64,000 bases of DNA, taken from positions 64,001 through 128,000 of the forward strand of contig CAWHWQ010000005.1 of assembly GCA_963833095.1 (NCBI GenBank), written 5' to 3'. Below the pieces are notes generated by a model that saw only the letters and a list, made by a program, of their open reading frames with translations, ran no database searches and was not told the origin of the DNA. Below, piece by piece: positions 47,975 to 57,130 of this stretch. This DNA comes from Vulcanimicrobiota bacterium. Its GTDB lineage: Bacteria > Vulcanimicrobiota > Vulcanimicrobiia > Vulcanimicrobiales > Vulcanimicrobiaceae. Every line of letters starts with the position of its first letter. The stretch's first letter is position 1. Both the position numbers and the translations under genes were made by a program.

Positions 47975-48447
47975 AAGTCAGTGTCACCGTCAACGGAACC
48001 GCCTACGAGCGCGACGTCGAGCCGCGCATGCTGCTGGCCTACTTCCTGCGCGAATCGCTCGGGCTCACCGGAACGCACGTCGGCTGCGATTCCTCGCACT
48101 GCGGATGCTGCGTGGTCGTACTCGACGGCGACCGCGCCGTGAAATCGTGCAACATGTTTGCGGTGCAAGCCGATGGCCACGCGATCACCACGGTTGAGGG
48201 GCTCGAACAAGGCGGGAAGCTCCACCCGCTCCAGCAAGCCTTTTGGGACCAGCACGGATTGCAGTGCGGCTATTGCACGCCCGGCATGCTCATGACGTGT
48301 TCCGTTCTGCTCAAGCACAATCCAAAGCCAAGCGAAGCGGAGATCCGCGAGGGCATTTCAGGGAATCTGTGCCGTTGCACAGGGTATCAGAATATTGTCA
48401 AGGCCGTGCAGCAAGCTGCAGCGGCAGAAGAAATGGTGCCGTCATGA
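47971..48447 (+). CDS. coxS: CO dehydrogenase small (2Fe-2S) subunit
   Basis: [21 protein letters not shown] and NLCRCTGY. Confidence 0.94.
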   Translation: MKVSVTVNGTAYERDVEPRMLLAYFLRESLGLTGTHVGCDSSHCGCCVVVLDGDRAVKSCNMFAVQADGHAITTVEGLEQGGKLHPLQQAFWDQHGLQCGYCTPGMLMTCSVLLKHNPKPSEAEIREGISGNLCRCTGYQNIVKAVQQAAAAEEMVPS

Positions 48448-50801
48448 CCACGACCGAAAAGCTACCCGACCGCCACTCGATGGGTCAATCGATGAAGCGC
48501 AAGGAAGACCCGCGCTTCATTCGGGGCAAGGGTCACTACCTCGATGACGTCGTTCTTCCGCACATGCTCTATCTTGCGCTGGTGCACAGTCCGTATCCGC
48601 ATGCGCGCATCACCAAGATCGACAAGACCGCCGCCTTGGCTTCGCCCGGCGTCAAAGCCGTGATTACCGGTGAAGATTTGGTCGCCGCCAAACTTGGCTG
48701 GCTGCCGACCTTCCACGGTTTCGACAATCAGATGGTGCTCGCGATCGGCAAAGCGCTCTATCAATATCAAGAGGTCGCCGGCGTGATCGCCACCTCGCGC
48801 GAGGCCGCCGCCGATGGAGCGGAGTTGGTCGACGTCACCTACGAACCGCTCGATCCGGTCGTCGACCCCTATCAATCCAAGCTCGACAAGATCATCTTAC
48901 GCGACGATCGCGAGGCCAAGACCAATCACATCTATCATTGGGAAGTCGGCGAACGCGAGAAGACCGATGCGGCCATCGCAAAGTCCGACGTCACAATCAA
49001 AGAACGGATTCTCTCCCCGCGCTGTCATCCCGCGCCGCTCGAACCGTGCGGCTGCGTCTCCGATATGAACGGCGCGACGGGACGCTTAACGATCTACATG
49101 ACGTCGCAAGCGCCGCATGTCCATCGTACCGCGTTCTCGCTGGTCACCGGCATCCCGGAAGATAAGATTCACGTGATCTCGCCTGATGTCGGCGGCGGCT
49201 TCGGCAACAAGGTGCCGGTCTATCCCGGCTACGTCGTCGCAACCGTTGCGTCGGTCATTTTGGGCGTGCCGGTCAAATGGGTCGAAACGCGCACCGAAAA
49301 TCTCACCACGACCGGCTTCGCGCGCGATTATCACATGGACGTCGAGCTCGGCGCGACCAAAGACGGTAAGGTCACGGCGCTCAAGGTCTCGACAACAGCC
49401 GACCACGGTGCCTTCGATGCCGCAGCCGACCCGCGCAAGTATCCCGCCGGCATGTTCGGCATCGTTACCGGCTCGTATGATTTTCCCACCGCGTTTGCCG
49501 AAGTCGACGCGTATTTCACCAACAAAGCACCGGGCGGGATCGCGTATCGCTGCTCGTTCCGCGTGACCGAGGCAGCATTCGCGATCGAGCGCGCGATGGA
49601 CATCCTCGCGCACAAGCTCGGCGTCGATCCGGTGCAGCTACGCATGCAGAACTTCATCAAGAAGGAGCAGTTCCCGTACCCCTCACCGTTGGGCTTCACC
49701 TACGACAGCGGCGACTACGCCGCGACCACCAAAAAAGCGCTCGACCTTATTGGGTACGACGCGCTGCGCAAAGAACAAGTTGAAAAGCGCAAGCGCGGCG
49801 AGTTGATGGGCATCGGCGTCTCGACGTTCACCGAAATCGTCGGCGCGGGACCCGGCAAACACTTCGACATTCTCGGGATCAAGATGTTCGATAGCGCCGA
49901 GATTCGCATCCATCCGACCGGCTCGGGCATCGTGCGCGCGGGGACGAAAGGTCAAGGCCAAGGACACGAGACGACCTGGGCGCAGATCGTGGCCGAAGAA
50001 CTCGGCCTCGATCCGCAAGAGTTGATGGTCGAAGAGGGCGACACCGACACCGCGCCCTACGGCCTAGGCACGTATGCCAGCCGCAGCACGCCGGTTGCGG
50101 GCGGCGCGCTCGCGCTGGCGTCGCGCAAGATTCGCGAGAAGGCGCGCAAGATCGCCGCGCACATGCTGGAAGCCTCCGAAGACGACGTTGAATGGAAGGA
50201 CTACAAGTTCTCGCTCAAGGGCGTGCCCGGCAAGAGTGTGACGATGAAGGAAGTCGCGTTCGCCGCGTACACCAATCCGGCGCCCGACACCGAACCCGGC
50301 CTCGAAGCAACCTACTACTACGACCCGCCGAACCTCACGTTCCCCAACGGCACCTACATCGCCGTGGTCGACGTCGACGCCGGCACCGGTGAGACCAAGG
50401 TTCGGCGATTCCTTGCCGTCGACGATTGCGGCGTGGTGATCAACCCGATGATCGTCGAAGGACAGATCCACGGCGGGCTCACCGAGGGCTTCGCCATGGC
50501 CTTCATGCAAGAGATCAAATTCGATGAAGGCGGGAATCATCTCAATACCAATTTCACCGACTATCTGGTGCCGACCGCGCTGGAAACGCCGCACTGGGAG
50601 ACCGGCAGCACGGTAACACCGAGCCCCCATCACCCGATCGGCGCCAAGGGCGTCGGCGAAAGCCCCAACGTCGGCTCGCCGCAGGCCTTCGTCAACGCCG
50701 TGATCGACGCGCTCTCGCCGATGGGCATCACGCACATCGATATGCCGCTCACGCGCGAAAAGGTTTGGAGTGCGATTCAAGGAGCGCAAAAGAAGCCATG
50801 A
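48444..50801 (+). CDS. coxL: Aerobic [CuMo] CO dehydrogenase large subunit, form I
   Basis: AYRCSFR active-site motif at 49542-49562, GGGFGNK, QGQGHET and [11 protein letters not shown] gene order. Confidence 0.95.
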   Translation: MTTTEKLPDRHSMGQSMKRKEDPRFIRGKGHYLDDVVLPHMLYLALVHSPYPHARITKIDKTAALASPGVKAVITGEDLVAAKLGWLPTFHGFDNQMVLAIGKALYQYQEVAGVIATSREAAADGAELVDVTYEPLDPVVDPYQSKLDKIILRDDREAKTNHIYHWEVGEREKTDAAIAKSDVTIKERILSPRCHPAPLEPCGCVSDMNGATGRLTIYMTSQAPHVHRTAFSLVTGIPEDKIHVISPDVGGGFGNKVPVYPGYVVATVASVILGVPVKWVETRTENLTTTGFARDYHMDVELGATKDGKVTALKVSTTADHGAFDAAADPRKYPAGMFGIVTGSYDFPTAFAEVDAYFTNKAPGGIAYRCSFRVTEAAFAIERAMDILAHKLGVDPVQLRMQNFIKKEQFPYPSPLGFTYDSGDYAATTKKALDLIGYDALRKEQVEKRKRGELMGIGVSTFTEIVGAGPGKHFDILGIKMFDSAEIRIHPTGSGIVRAGTKGQGQGHETTWAQIVAEELGLDPQELMVEEGDTDTAPYGLGTYASRSTPVAGGALALASRKIREKARKIAAHMLEASEDDVEWKDYKFSLKGVPGKSVTMKEVAFAAYTNPAPDTEPGLEATYYYDPPNLTFPNGTYIAVVDVDAGTGETKVRRFLAVDDCGVVINPMIVEGQIHGGLTEGFAMAFMQEIKFDEGGNHLNTNFTDYLVPTALETPHWETGSTVTPSPHHPIGAKGVGESPNVGSPQAFVNAVIDALSPMGITHIDMPLTREKVWSAIQGAQKKP

Positions 50802-51256
50802 ACTTAGAGTGGACCGGGCAAGAACGGATCCCGGCGAGCAAGGCGACCGTCTGGGCCTTCATCAACGATCCGGGCAAAGTTGCTTCGTGTCTGCCCGATC
50901 TGATTTCGTCGAACGTGAAAGATGCGCACAGCGTCGATGCAACGGTGAAGGTCGCGGTGGGCCCGGTGCGCGGCTCGTTCAAGTTCGCGATCACACTCCA
51001 GCCCGGCGCTAATGGAAATCACATGGACCTCAAGATCAGCGGTGGCGGCTTCGGCAGCGTCGTCGATCTGCTCGCGGGCGCAGATCTTACCGAGAACGCT
51101 GACGGCACCACGACGCTCGACTGGAAAGGTAACGCCTCGGTCAGCGGAACGGTCGCAACGATCGGGGGGCGCGTGCTCGACGCACAAGCGCATCGCGTCA
51201 TCAGCACAACTTTCGAAAACGTCAAGAACCACCTCAGCGGAGCACCCGCGGGATAA
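50798..51256 (+). CDS. coxG: CoxG (SRPBCC) protein
   Basis: VWAFINDP...SCLP, VGPVRGSF and GTVATIGGR; directly follows coxL. Confidence 0.88.
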   Translation: MNLEWTGQERIPASKATVWAFINDPGKVASCLPDLISSNVKDAHSVDATVKVAVGPVRGSFKFAITLQPGANGNHMDLKISGGGFGSVVDLLAGADLTENADGTTTLDWKGNASVSGTVATIGGRVLDAQAHRVISTTFENVKNHLSGAPAG

Positions 51257-51260
51257 CGTC

Positions 51261-52079
51261 ATGACCTTGCCACAGGAACCCTACGCCGTTGCTACCGTCG
51301 TCGTTCGGCGCTCTCCGGTCAGCGCGCATCTCGGCGATCGGGCGATCATCAATGCCGACGGACGCATGGACGGGTTTGTCGGCGGTTCATGTTCGCGCGA
51401 TATCGTGCGCCGCCAGGGTCTGGATGCAATCCGCACCGGCCGTGCCCGTCTCGTCCAGATTCGGCCCGAACCCGGCGACGACGCCGACGCGAATGCCGAG
51501 ACGGTGATCGTGCCGATGGGCTGTGCTTCCGAAGGAGCGGTCGACGTCTACGTCGAGCCGCATCTTCCGCCGCGCCCGTTGCTGATCGTCGGTCACACGC
51601 CGGTTGCGCAACAACTCGCGCGCCTTGGAACCGTGCTCGACGGCTTTCGCGTGCAGCGCGTGGTCGAAAGCGATGAGCTTGGCGATCTGCCCGCCAACGA
51701 ATCGTCGGACGCGATTGCGATTGAGTCGCTTGGCGGATATCTCGCGGCGCTGGGCGCGCAGCGCTCGCGTCTGGTAGCGGTCGTCGCTTCGCAAGGCCAT
51801 TACGACGAACGCGCGCTCGCCGCGCTGCTCTCTGGTGAAGCGCAGGCTTTCGTTGGATTGCTGGCCAGTCGCAAGCGCGCAGCCTCGGTCTTCGGCGCGC
51901 TCGAGCAAGAGGGCCTTGCGCGTGAAACGCTGGCGACCGTGCATAATCCCGTCGGACTCGATATCGGCGCGCGCACGCCGAGCGAAGTCTCCGTTTCCAT
52001 CCTCGCCGAGATCATCGCCGCATGCGTTCCGACCGCGGCGATCGATCGCGACGAAGGCCATCCTTGCTGTCACACGTGA
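51261..52079 (+). CDS. XdhC/CoxF-family maturation protein
   Basis: GFVGGSC, CASEG, VGLLASRKR, PVGLDIGA and C-terminal HPCCHT. Confidence 0.88.
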   Translation: MTLPQEPYAVATVVVRRSPVSAHLGDRAIINADGRMDGFVGGSCSRDIVRRQGLDAIRTGRARLVQIRPEPGDDADANAETVIVPMGCASEGAVDVYVEPHLPPRPLLIVGHTPVAQQLARLGTVLDGFRVQRVVESDELGDLPANESSDAIAIESLGGYLAALGAQRSRLVAVVASQGHYDERALAALLSGEAQAFVGLLASRKRAASVFGALEQEGLARETLATVHNPVGLDIGARTPSEVSVSILAEIIAACVPTAAIDRDEGHPCCHT

Positions 52080-53014
52080 ACGCCGACCGGTTACAGGAGG
52101 CTTTCGCCGCGCGCGGTTACATCGCCGACGACGACTTCGCGACGACCTTCGAGTTGATGCTCGCCCTTGGCAAACCACTGTTGATCGAAGGGCCGGCCGG
52201 CATCGGCAAGACCGAGAGCGCCAAAGTACTCGCCGAAGTTCTGGGAACGCGACTAATCCGGCTGCAGTGTTACGAGGGACTCGATGCGGCCAGCGCCCTC
52301 TACGAGTGGAACTACCCAAAACAACTCTTGCACCTCCGCGTGACCGAAGGACAGCATGATTCCGTGCAATCGCGCGAGGCGGAGATCTTCGGCGAAGCGT
52401 TCCTCTTGCGCCGACCGTTGCTCGAGGCGATCGTGCAAGAGCGCGCGCCGGTGTTGTTGATTGACGAGATCGATCGCGCCGATGAGGCCTTTGAGGCCTT
52501 TCTGCTCGAGGTTCTCGGCGAGTTTCAGGTGACGATTCCCGAAATCGGCACGATTCGCGCCAAAGAGCGTCCGGCCGTAATCGTGACGTCGAACCGTTCG
52601 CGCGACCTCTCCGACGCGCTGCGGCGGCGCTGTCTCTACCTCTGCATCGACTACCCGCCATACGAACGCGAGGTCGCAATTCTGCACGCGCGCTTGCCCG
52701 AGATAAACACGCGGCTCGCTGTCCAAATCGCGCGTTTCATGGAGTGGATGCGCGACCAGCCCTTTCAAAAGGTTCCAGGGACCGCCGAAAGCCTCGACTG
52801 GGCGCTTGCACTCGTGCGCCTGCATCGCGATGCGCTCGATGAACGAACGCTCGAAGCGACGTTGGGGTGCATCTTGAAACTGCAAGAAGATTGGGAGTTG
52901 CTCCGTTCGATGCACGCGCGTTACGAGCACTTGCTCACGCCGGATCCAAAGGCGCCGGCTGCGACGTCGCCGCCCGACCCCGACTACGGACTGGGCAGCG
53001 TCCGAGCGCATTAG
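52076..53014 (+). CDS. coxD: MoxR-type AAA+ ATPase
   Basis: EGPAGIGKT, RLQCYEGLD, LIDEIDR and DALRRRC. Confidence 0.9.
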   Translation: MNADRLQEAFAARGYIADDDFATTFELMLALGKPLLIEGPAGIGKTESAKVLAEVLGTRLIRLQCYEGLDAASALYEWNYPKQLLHLRVTEGQHDSVQSREAEIFGEAFLLRRPLLEAIVQERAPVLLIDEIDRADEAFEAFLLEVLGEFQVTIPEIGTIRAKERPAVIVTSNRSRDLSDALRRRCLYLCIDYPPYEREVAILHARLPEINTRLAVQIARFMEWMRDQPFQKVPGTAESLDWALALVRLHRDALDERTLEATLGCILKLQEDWELLRSMHARYEHLLTPDPKAPAATSPPDPDYGLGSVRAH

Positions 53015-53025
53015 GGTTCCCTGAC

Positions 53026-54093
53026 ATGTCTGATCTCGCGAGTGCCACGCTCGAATTTTGCGAAATGCTCCGGCGCGAACACGACTTCGCCGTCGGCCGC
53101 GCGGAACTGCACGACGCGCTGCGCGCGACCGAGGCCATCGGCCTGCGCGAGCGTGGACGGTTGCGCGCCTCGCTGCGCGCCGTCTGTTGCTCGCGCCCCG
53201 AGGAGATCGCGACCTTCGATCGCGCGTTCGACGCCTTCTTCTCCAGTGGCCCCGAAGGTATACCGCAACCAAAACACGCGCGACGTTCACGCCCCGACGG
53301 CGGCGAAGAACCGCCACCGGAGCGCCAATCCACCTTCGCGCTCGAGGAAGAGAGCCTCGCGCAGCGCTGGCAATACCTGCAGGCGCGCTACAGTCCGGTC
53401 GAAGGCGCATCGCCTCCGCCGCCGATTCCGCTCGACGGTTATGACGATGCCGACGCGCTGGTGCAACGCCTGATCTCACGCATTCGCTTGGGCCGCTCAC
53501 GTCGCGTACGGCCGCAGCCGCATGGCCGGTACCTCGACCTTCGCCGTACCGTGCGCGCGAGTTTACAGACCGGCGGAGAAATCGTCGCGCTGCGCCGGCG
53601 CGGGTATCCGCTTCGCAATCCGCGTTTCGTCATGCTCATCGACGCAAGCCGCTCGATGAGCGAGCACACGCCGGCGGCGCTCCAGGTCGCCCAAGCGCTT
53701 CTGCGGCGCACACGACGCGCGAGCGCGTTCGTCTTTAGCACGGCGCTGCGCGAGATCACGCGCGACTTGCGGCGCAACCAACCCGTTACCAATACGGGCG
53801 AGGCCTGGGGCGGCGGCACCCGCATCGGGGCGAGCTTAAATACTTTTGTGCGCAACTTTGGGTCACGGCTCGACGATCATACGTACGTGATTCTGGTGAG
53901 CGATGGACTCGACGTCGGCGACATCCCGCAGCTCGACCATGCGATGCAAGAGATCGCGCGCCGAAGCGCCGCCATCGCGTGGGTCAACCCGCATGCCGCC
54001 GAGCCGGGCTTTACTCCGGCCACGCGCGGCATGCTGACCGCGCTGCCCTACCTAACGTCACTGACGGCGTGGGGCGGGCTTGCCGATGCGTGA
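53026..54093 (+). CDS. coxE: vWA-domain protein
   Basis: LDLRRTVR, DASRSM (MIDAS-like), WGGGTRIG, SDGLD and WVNP. Confidence 0.88.
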   Translation: MSDLASATLEFCEMLRREHDFAVGRAELHDALRATEAIGLRERGRLRASLRAVCCSRPEEIATFDRAFDAFFSSGPEGIPQPKHARRSRPDGGEEPPPERQSTFALEEESLAQRWQYLQARYSPVEGASPPPPIPLDGYDDADALVQRLISRIRLGRSRRVRPQPHGRYLDLRRTVRASLQTGGEIVALRRRGYPLRNPRFVMLIDASRSMSEHTPAALQVAQALLRRTRRASAFVFSTALREITRDLRRNQPVTNTGEAWGGGTRIGASLNTFVRNFGSRLDDHTYVILVSDGLDVGDIPQLDHAMQEIARRSAAIAWVNPHAAEPGFTPATRGMLTALPYLTSLTAWGGLADA

Positions 54094-54982
54094 GGTCTTT
54101 GCAACCGCCGCCGCATGGCTCGACGAAGGCACGCCTTTTGCGCTCGCTACACTGTCCGAATTGCATGCCGCCAAAACCGCGCCGATCGGCACGACGATTG
54201 CCGTGAACGGCGACGGACGCATCGTGGGAAACATCGGCGCCGGCTGTTATGAGAGCGAGATCATCGAAACCGCGCAACAAACGTTAGCTGACGGCGTCAC
54301 GCGTTCGCTGGATGTCAATCTCGACAATGATGACGAACTCGCCGGTGGAACCGCCTGCGGTGCGGTGATGCGTCTCGTGATCTGGCGACCGCAAGCGGCC
54401 TTCCTCGATGACGCGCGCGCCATTGCCGGCGGCGAACGCTCGGTTACGCTGCGAATCGGCGGTTTCGAGCACATCGTTCCTGCGAAAGAGACCTTGATTC
54501 TGATTGGGGCCACGTCGCTCGCCGCCGATTTGGCGGCCGTTGCCCGGCGCATGGACTTCTGCGTCATCGTGGTCGATCCGCGCCCGGCCTTCGCAACGCC
54601 GCAACGGGTCCCGGATGCGCACGTCATCGTACGCGAATGGCCCGACGACTATCTCCCGCGCGTGCTCTCGTCGCACACGGCGATTGTCGTGCTCTCGCAC
54701 GACCCGAAGTTCGATCTTCCGGCGCTGCGCTGCGCCCTGCGCTCGAACGCCTCATATATCGGATTGTTGGGAAGCCGTCGCGCGCAAACCGCACGGCGCG
54801 CGGCGCTGCGCGCCGAGGGCTTCGACGAAGCGGCGCTCGAGCGCGTCCACGGTCCCGTCGGCCTTGATATCGGCGGCGCCACGACCGCCGAAACGGCGAT
54901 TTCGATTCTCGCGGAGATCGTAGCTGTGCGCAGCGGCCGTCGCGGAACGCCGTTGCTCTCCGCAAGCGGCGCGATACATTAG
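54086..54982 (+). CDS. Second XdhC/CoxI-family protein
   Basis: AGCYE, TACG, HDPKFD, YIGLLGSR and GPVGLDIG. Confidence 0.9.
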   Translation: MREVFATAAAWLDEGTPFALATLSELHAAKTAPIGTTIAVNGDGRIVGNIGAGCYESEIIETAQQTLADGVTRSLDVNLDNDDELAGGTACGAVMRLVIWRPQAAFLDDARAIAGGERSVTLRIGGFEHIVPAKETLILIGATSLAADLAAVARRMDFCVIVVDPRPAFATPQRVPDAHVIVREWPDDYLPRVLSSHTAIVVLSHDPKFDLPALRCALRSNASYIGLLGSRRAQTARRAALRAEGFDEAALERVHGPVGLDIGGATTAETAISILAEIVAVRSGRRGTPLLSASGAIH

Positions 54983-54984
54983 CG

Positions 54985-55662
54985 ATGGCGCGCGACGCGG
55001 ACTACGCACTGATGCCGCTCCTCTTCGGCCTGACCTTCATCTCGGGCATGGTCGACGCGGTGAGCTTTTTGCGTCTCGGCCACACCTTCGTAGCGAACAT
55101 GACCGGCAACCTGGTGCTGCTCGGTTTTGCAATTGGGGGCGCGAAGGGCATCTCGATCGTCGGTTCGCTGGTGGCGATCGCCGCGTTCATGGTCGGCGGC
55201 ATCATCGGCGGCCGGCTTAACCGGCGCCACGGCGAGAATGGCGCGCATCTGCTCTCGGTGACGACCTTCGTCAAGATCTTTTTCATGTTGGGAGCGGCAG
55301 CGATTGCCTGGTTTTTCGGCTACGAAGGTTTCGTTGCTTACGGGTTGACAGGAGTGCTCGCCATCTCGATGGGCCTGCAAAATGCGGTGGTCCGCGGCAT
55401 CGGTATTGCAGATATCACGACGACGGTCGTAACGCAGACGATCATCAGCATCGCCATGGACTCGACGCTCGCCGGCGGGACGAACACACGCGTGCGCCGC
55501 CGCGTCACCGCGGTCGTGGTCATGTTTGCCGGCGCGCTCATCGGCGCCATCATCGTTCTGCGATTGGGCGTCCCCGCCGCGCTCATTGGTGCGGCGATTG
55601 CGCTTGCCATCGTCTCTGCCTGGGGATGGAGGCTCAAACAGCTCTCGCAACCGCAACCCTGA
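54985..55662 (+). CDS. YoaK/DUF1275-family membrane protein
   Basis: GMVDA, FVANMTGN, MGLQNA and TTVVT. Confidence 0.88.
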   Translation: MARDADYALMPLLFGLTFISGMVDAVSFLRLGHTFVANMTGNLVLLGFAIGGAKGISIVGSLVAIAAFMVGGIIGGRLNRRHGENGAHLLSVTTFVKIFFMLGAAAIAWFFGYEGFVAYGLTGVLAISMGLQNAVVRGIGIADITTTVVTQTIISIAMDSTLAGGTNTRVRRRVTAVVVMFAGALIGAIIVLRLGVPAALIGAAIALAIVSAWGWRLKQLSQPQP

Positions 55663-55688
55663 CACAATAATCGCGGGTCGGGGCGAAT

Positions 55689-56129
55689 ATGGCACAAGAT
55701 CAAATCGTTCGCACCGCTAACGTCAAATGGGTCGGCGACGTGGCCAAGGGCCACGGAGACATCACGACGGCCAGCGGGAAAGTCTCGGCCTCGTATTCGT
55801 TCGGCACGCGCTTTTCGACCGATCCCGGGACCAATCCCGAAGAATTGCTCGCCGCGTCGCACGCTGCGTGCTTCACCATGGCAACCAGCGCGGTGCTTAC
55901 GCGCGCCGGTCATGCACCCACCTCGCTCGATACGACCGCAACGGTGCATCTCGAACGCGCGGGGGAGGGCTACAAGATTCCCAAGATCGAACTGGCGATC
56001 ACCGGTGTGGTCCCGGGAGTCACGGCCGACGAATTCTCAACCTACGCAAAGCAAGCGGAGGCATCGTGTCCGATCAGCAACGCGCTGCGCGCGGTACCGA
56101 TCAGCGTTTCGGCAACGCTAGCGTCCTAA
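55689..56129 (+). CDS. osmC: OsmC-family peroxiredoxin
   Basis: YSFGTRF, GTNPEELLAASHAACF and CPISNAL. Confidence 0.93.
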   Translation: MAQDQIVRTANVKWVGDVAKGHGDITTASGKVSASYSFGTRFSTDPGTNPEELLAASHAACFTMATSAVLTRAGHAPTSLDTTATVHLERAGEGYKIPKIELAITGVVPGVTADEFSTYAKQAEASCPISNALRAVPISVSATLAS

Positions 56130-56140
56130 GCGTCGCGCGA

Positions 56141-56587
56141 GTGGCCGCGCCCGCCGAATTTCTCGAGCTGCACCGGCTTCTCACGGTGTACGAAATCGAT
56201 CTCCCCGAAGCGCTTCGGCATGGCGCCGTGCCCGAGGTTTCGGAGCTCGCGGCGCTCTACGGCGCGCCGAACGCTGCGTTTATCGCGCGCCTCGATGAAG
56301 CCGGCGTCGGCTGCGTGGTGTGCACGTCGCAGGACAGCGCGACGGCCGTGCTCGCCCGCCTCTACGTCGAACCGCACGCACGGAAGGCCGGCACCGGCCG
56401 AGCGCTCGTCAATGCAGTGATCGATTTCGCGCGCGGGGACGGCTTCGAACGTGTCGTGCTCGATACTCACAGCGAACTGCTTGCGCCCGCCTATCGGCTT
56501 TACAACTCGCTCGGGTTTACTGAATATCAGCCCGCGTGTGGCGCCGAAGACGCGTTGTGCTCGACATTTATGGAGTTGCGGCTCTAG
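56141..56587 (+). CDS. GNAT-family acetyltransferase (start uncertain)
   Basis: RLYVEPHARKAGTGR, VVLDT and LYNSLGF. Confidence 0.85.
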   Translation: MAAPAEFLELHRLLTVYEIDLPEALRHGAVPEVSELAALYGAPNAAFIARLDEAGVGCVVCTSQDSATAVLARLYVEPHARKAGTGRALVNAVIDFARGDGFERVVLDTHSELLAPAYRLYNSLGFTEYQPACGAEDALCSTFMELRL

Positions 56588-57051
56588 CTCGAGGGTCGAG
56601 CCTTGAACGCGGCGCGGGATTCGATGTCACGCTTGATATCGAGCAGAAACTCTCGGGCGGTCGCCTGTGCGATCGCAAATCCAATCAGCTCGTCGAAAAC
56701 TTGACCTGCAGCGCCGAGCGGGGGCGTATAGTGCCCGCGCAACTCTATGAAGCTTTTCGCCGGATCATCCTCGCCCCAGGCGAGCAACGTACCCTCGAAG
56801 CGCGGGAAGATGACCGTACCTTCGGGCTCCCACGCGATACGAACGAGATTGTTGAGATTGCCCTCATCGCGGCCCTCACGCGCTTCTATGCGAACCTCGC
56901 GATCCAGCGAAAGCGCGCCGTCCATCGAAACACGAAGGCGCATCCGCGTCAACCCGTTTGCGTCCTCCCGGGCCGCGAAGAATGCGCGCAGACCGGCCTC
57001 GGTCTGTTCTACCGGGGATTCGAGAGCAGCCCGCTCGCGAAGTTCCTTCAT
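56584..57051 (-). CDS. Hypothetical protein, possibly SRPBCC-like
   Basis: FPRFEGTL and LRGHYTPPLGAAG..FD pattern; start set at ATG 57051. Confidence 0.6.
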   Translation of the reverse strand: MKELRERAALESPVEQTEAGLRAFFAAREDANGLTRMRLRVSMDGALSLDREVRIEAREGRDEGNLNNLVRIAWEPEGTVIFPRFEGTLLAWGEDDPAKSFIELRGHYTPPLGAAGQVFDELIGFAIAQATAREFLLDIKRDIESRAAFKARPSS

Positions 57052-57068
57052 CCCGTGACCGTACCAGA

Positions 57069-57090
57069 GACCGGGGAACGACCGGGGAAC
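57069..57090. promoter_or_regulatory. Perfect 11-bp tandem direct repeat (GACCGGGGAAC x2)
   Basis: Lies in the divergent gap before xfp. Confidence 0.5.
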
Positions 57091-57130
57091 AGGCGTTCTC
57101 CGATTATTCATAACGCGTGCGTAGGGTGGG

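Noticed and set aside
48444..50801. Xanthine dehydrogenase-like or form II CoxL assignment
   Set aside because: The motif is AYRCSFR, not AYRGAGR, and the gene order is M-S-L.
57069..57092. GTTCCCCG on the minus strand resembles the start of a type I-E CRISPR repeat
   Set aside because: Only two abutting 11-mers, with no spacers and no cas genes.
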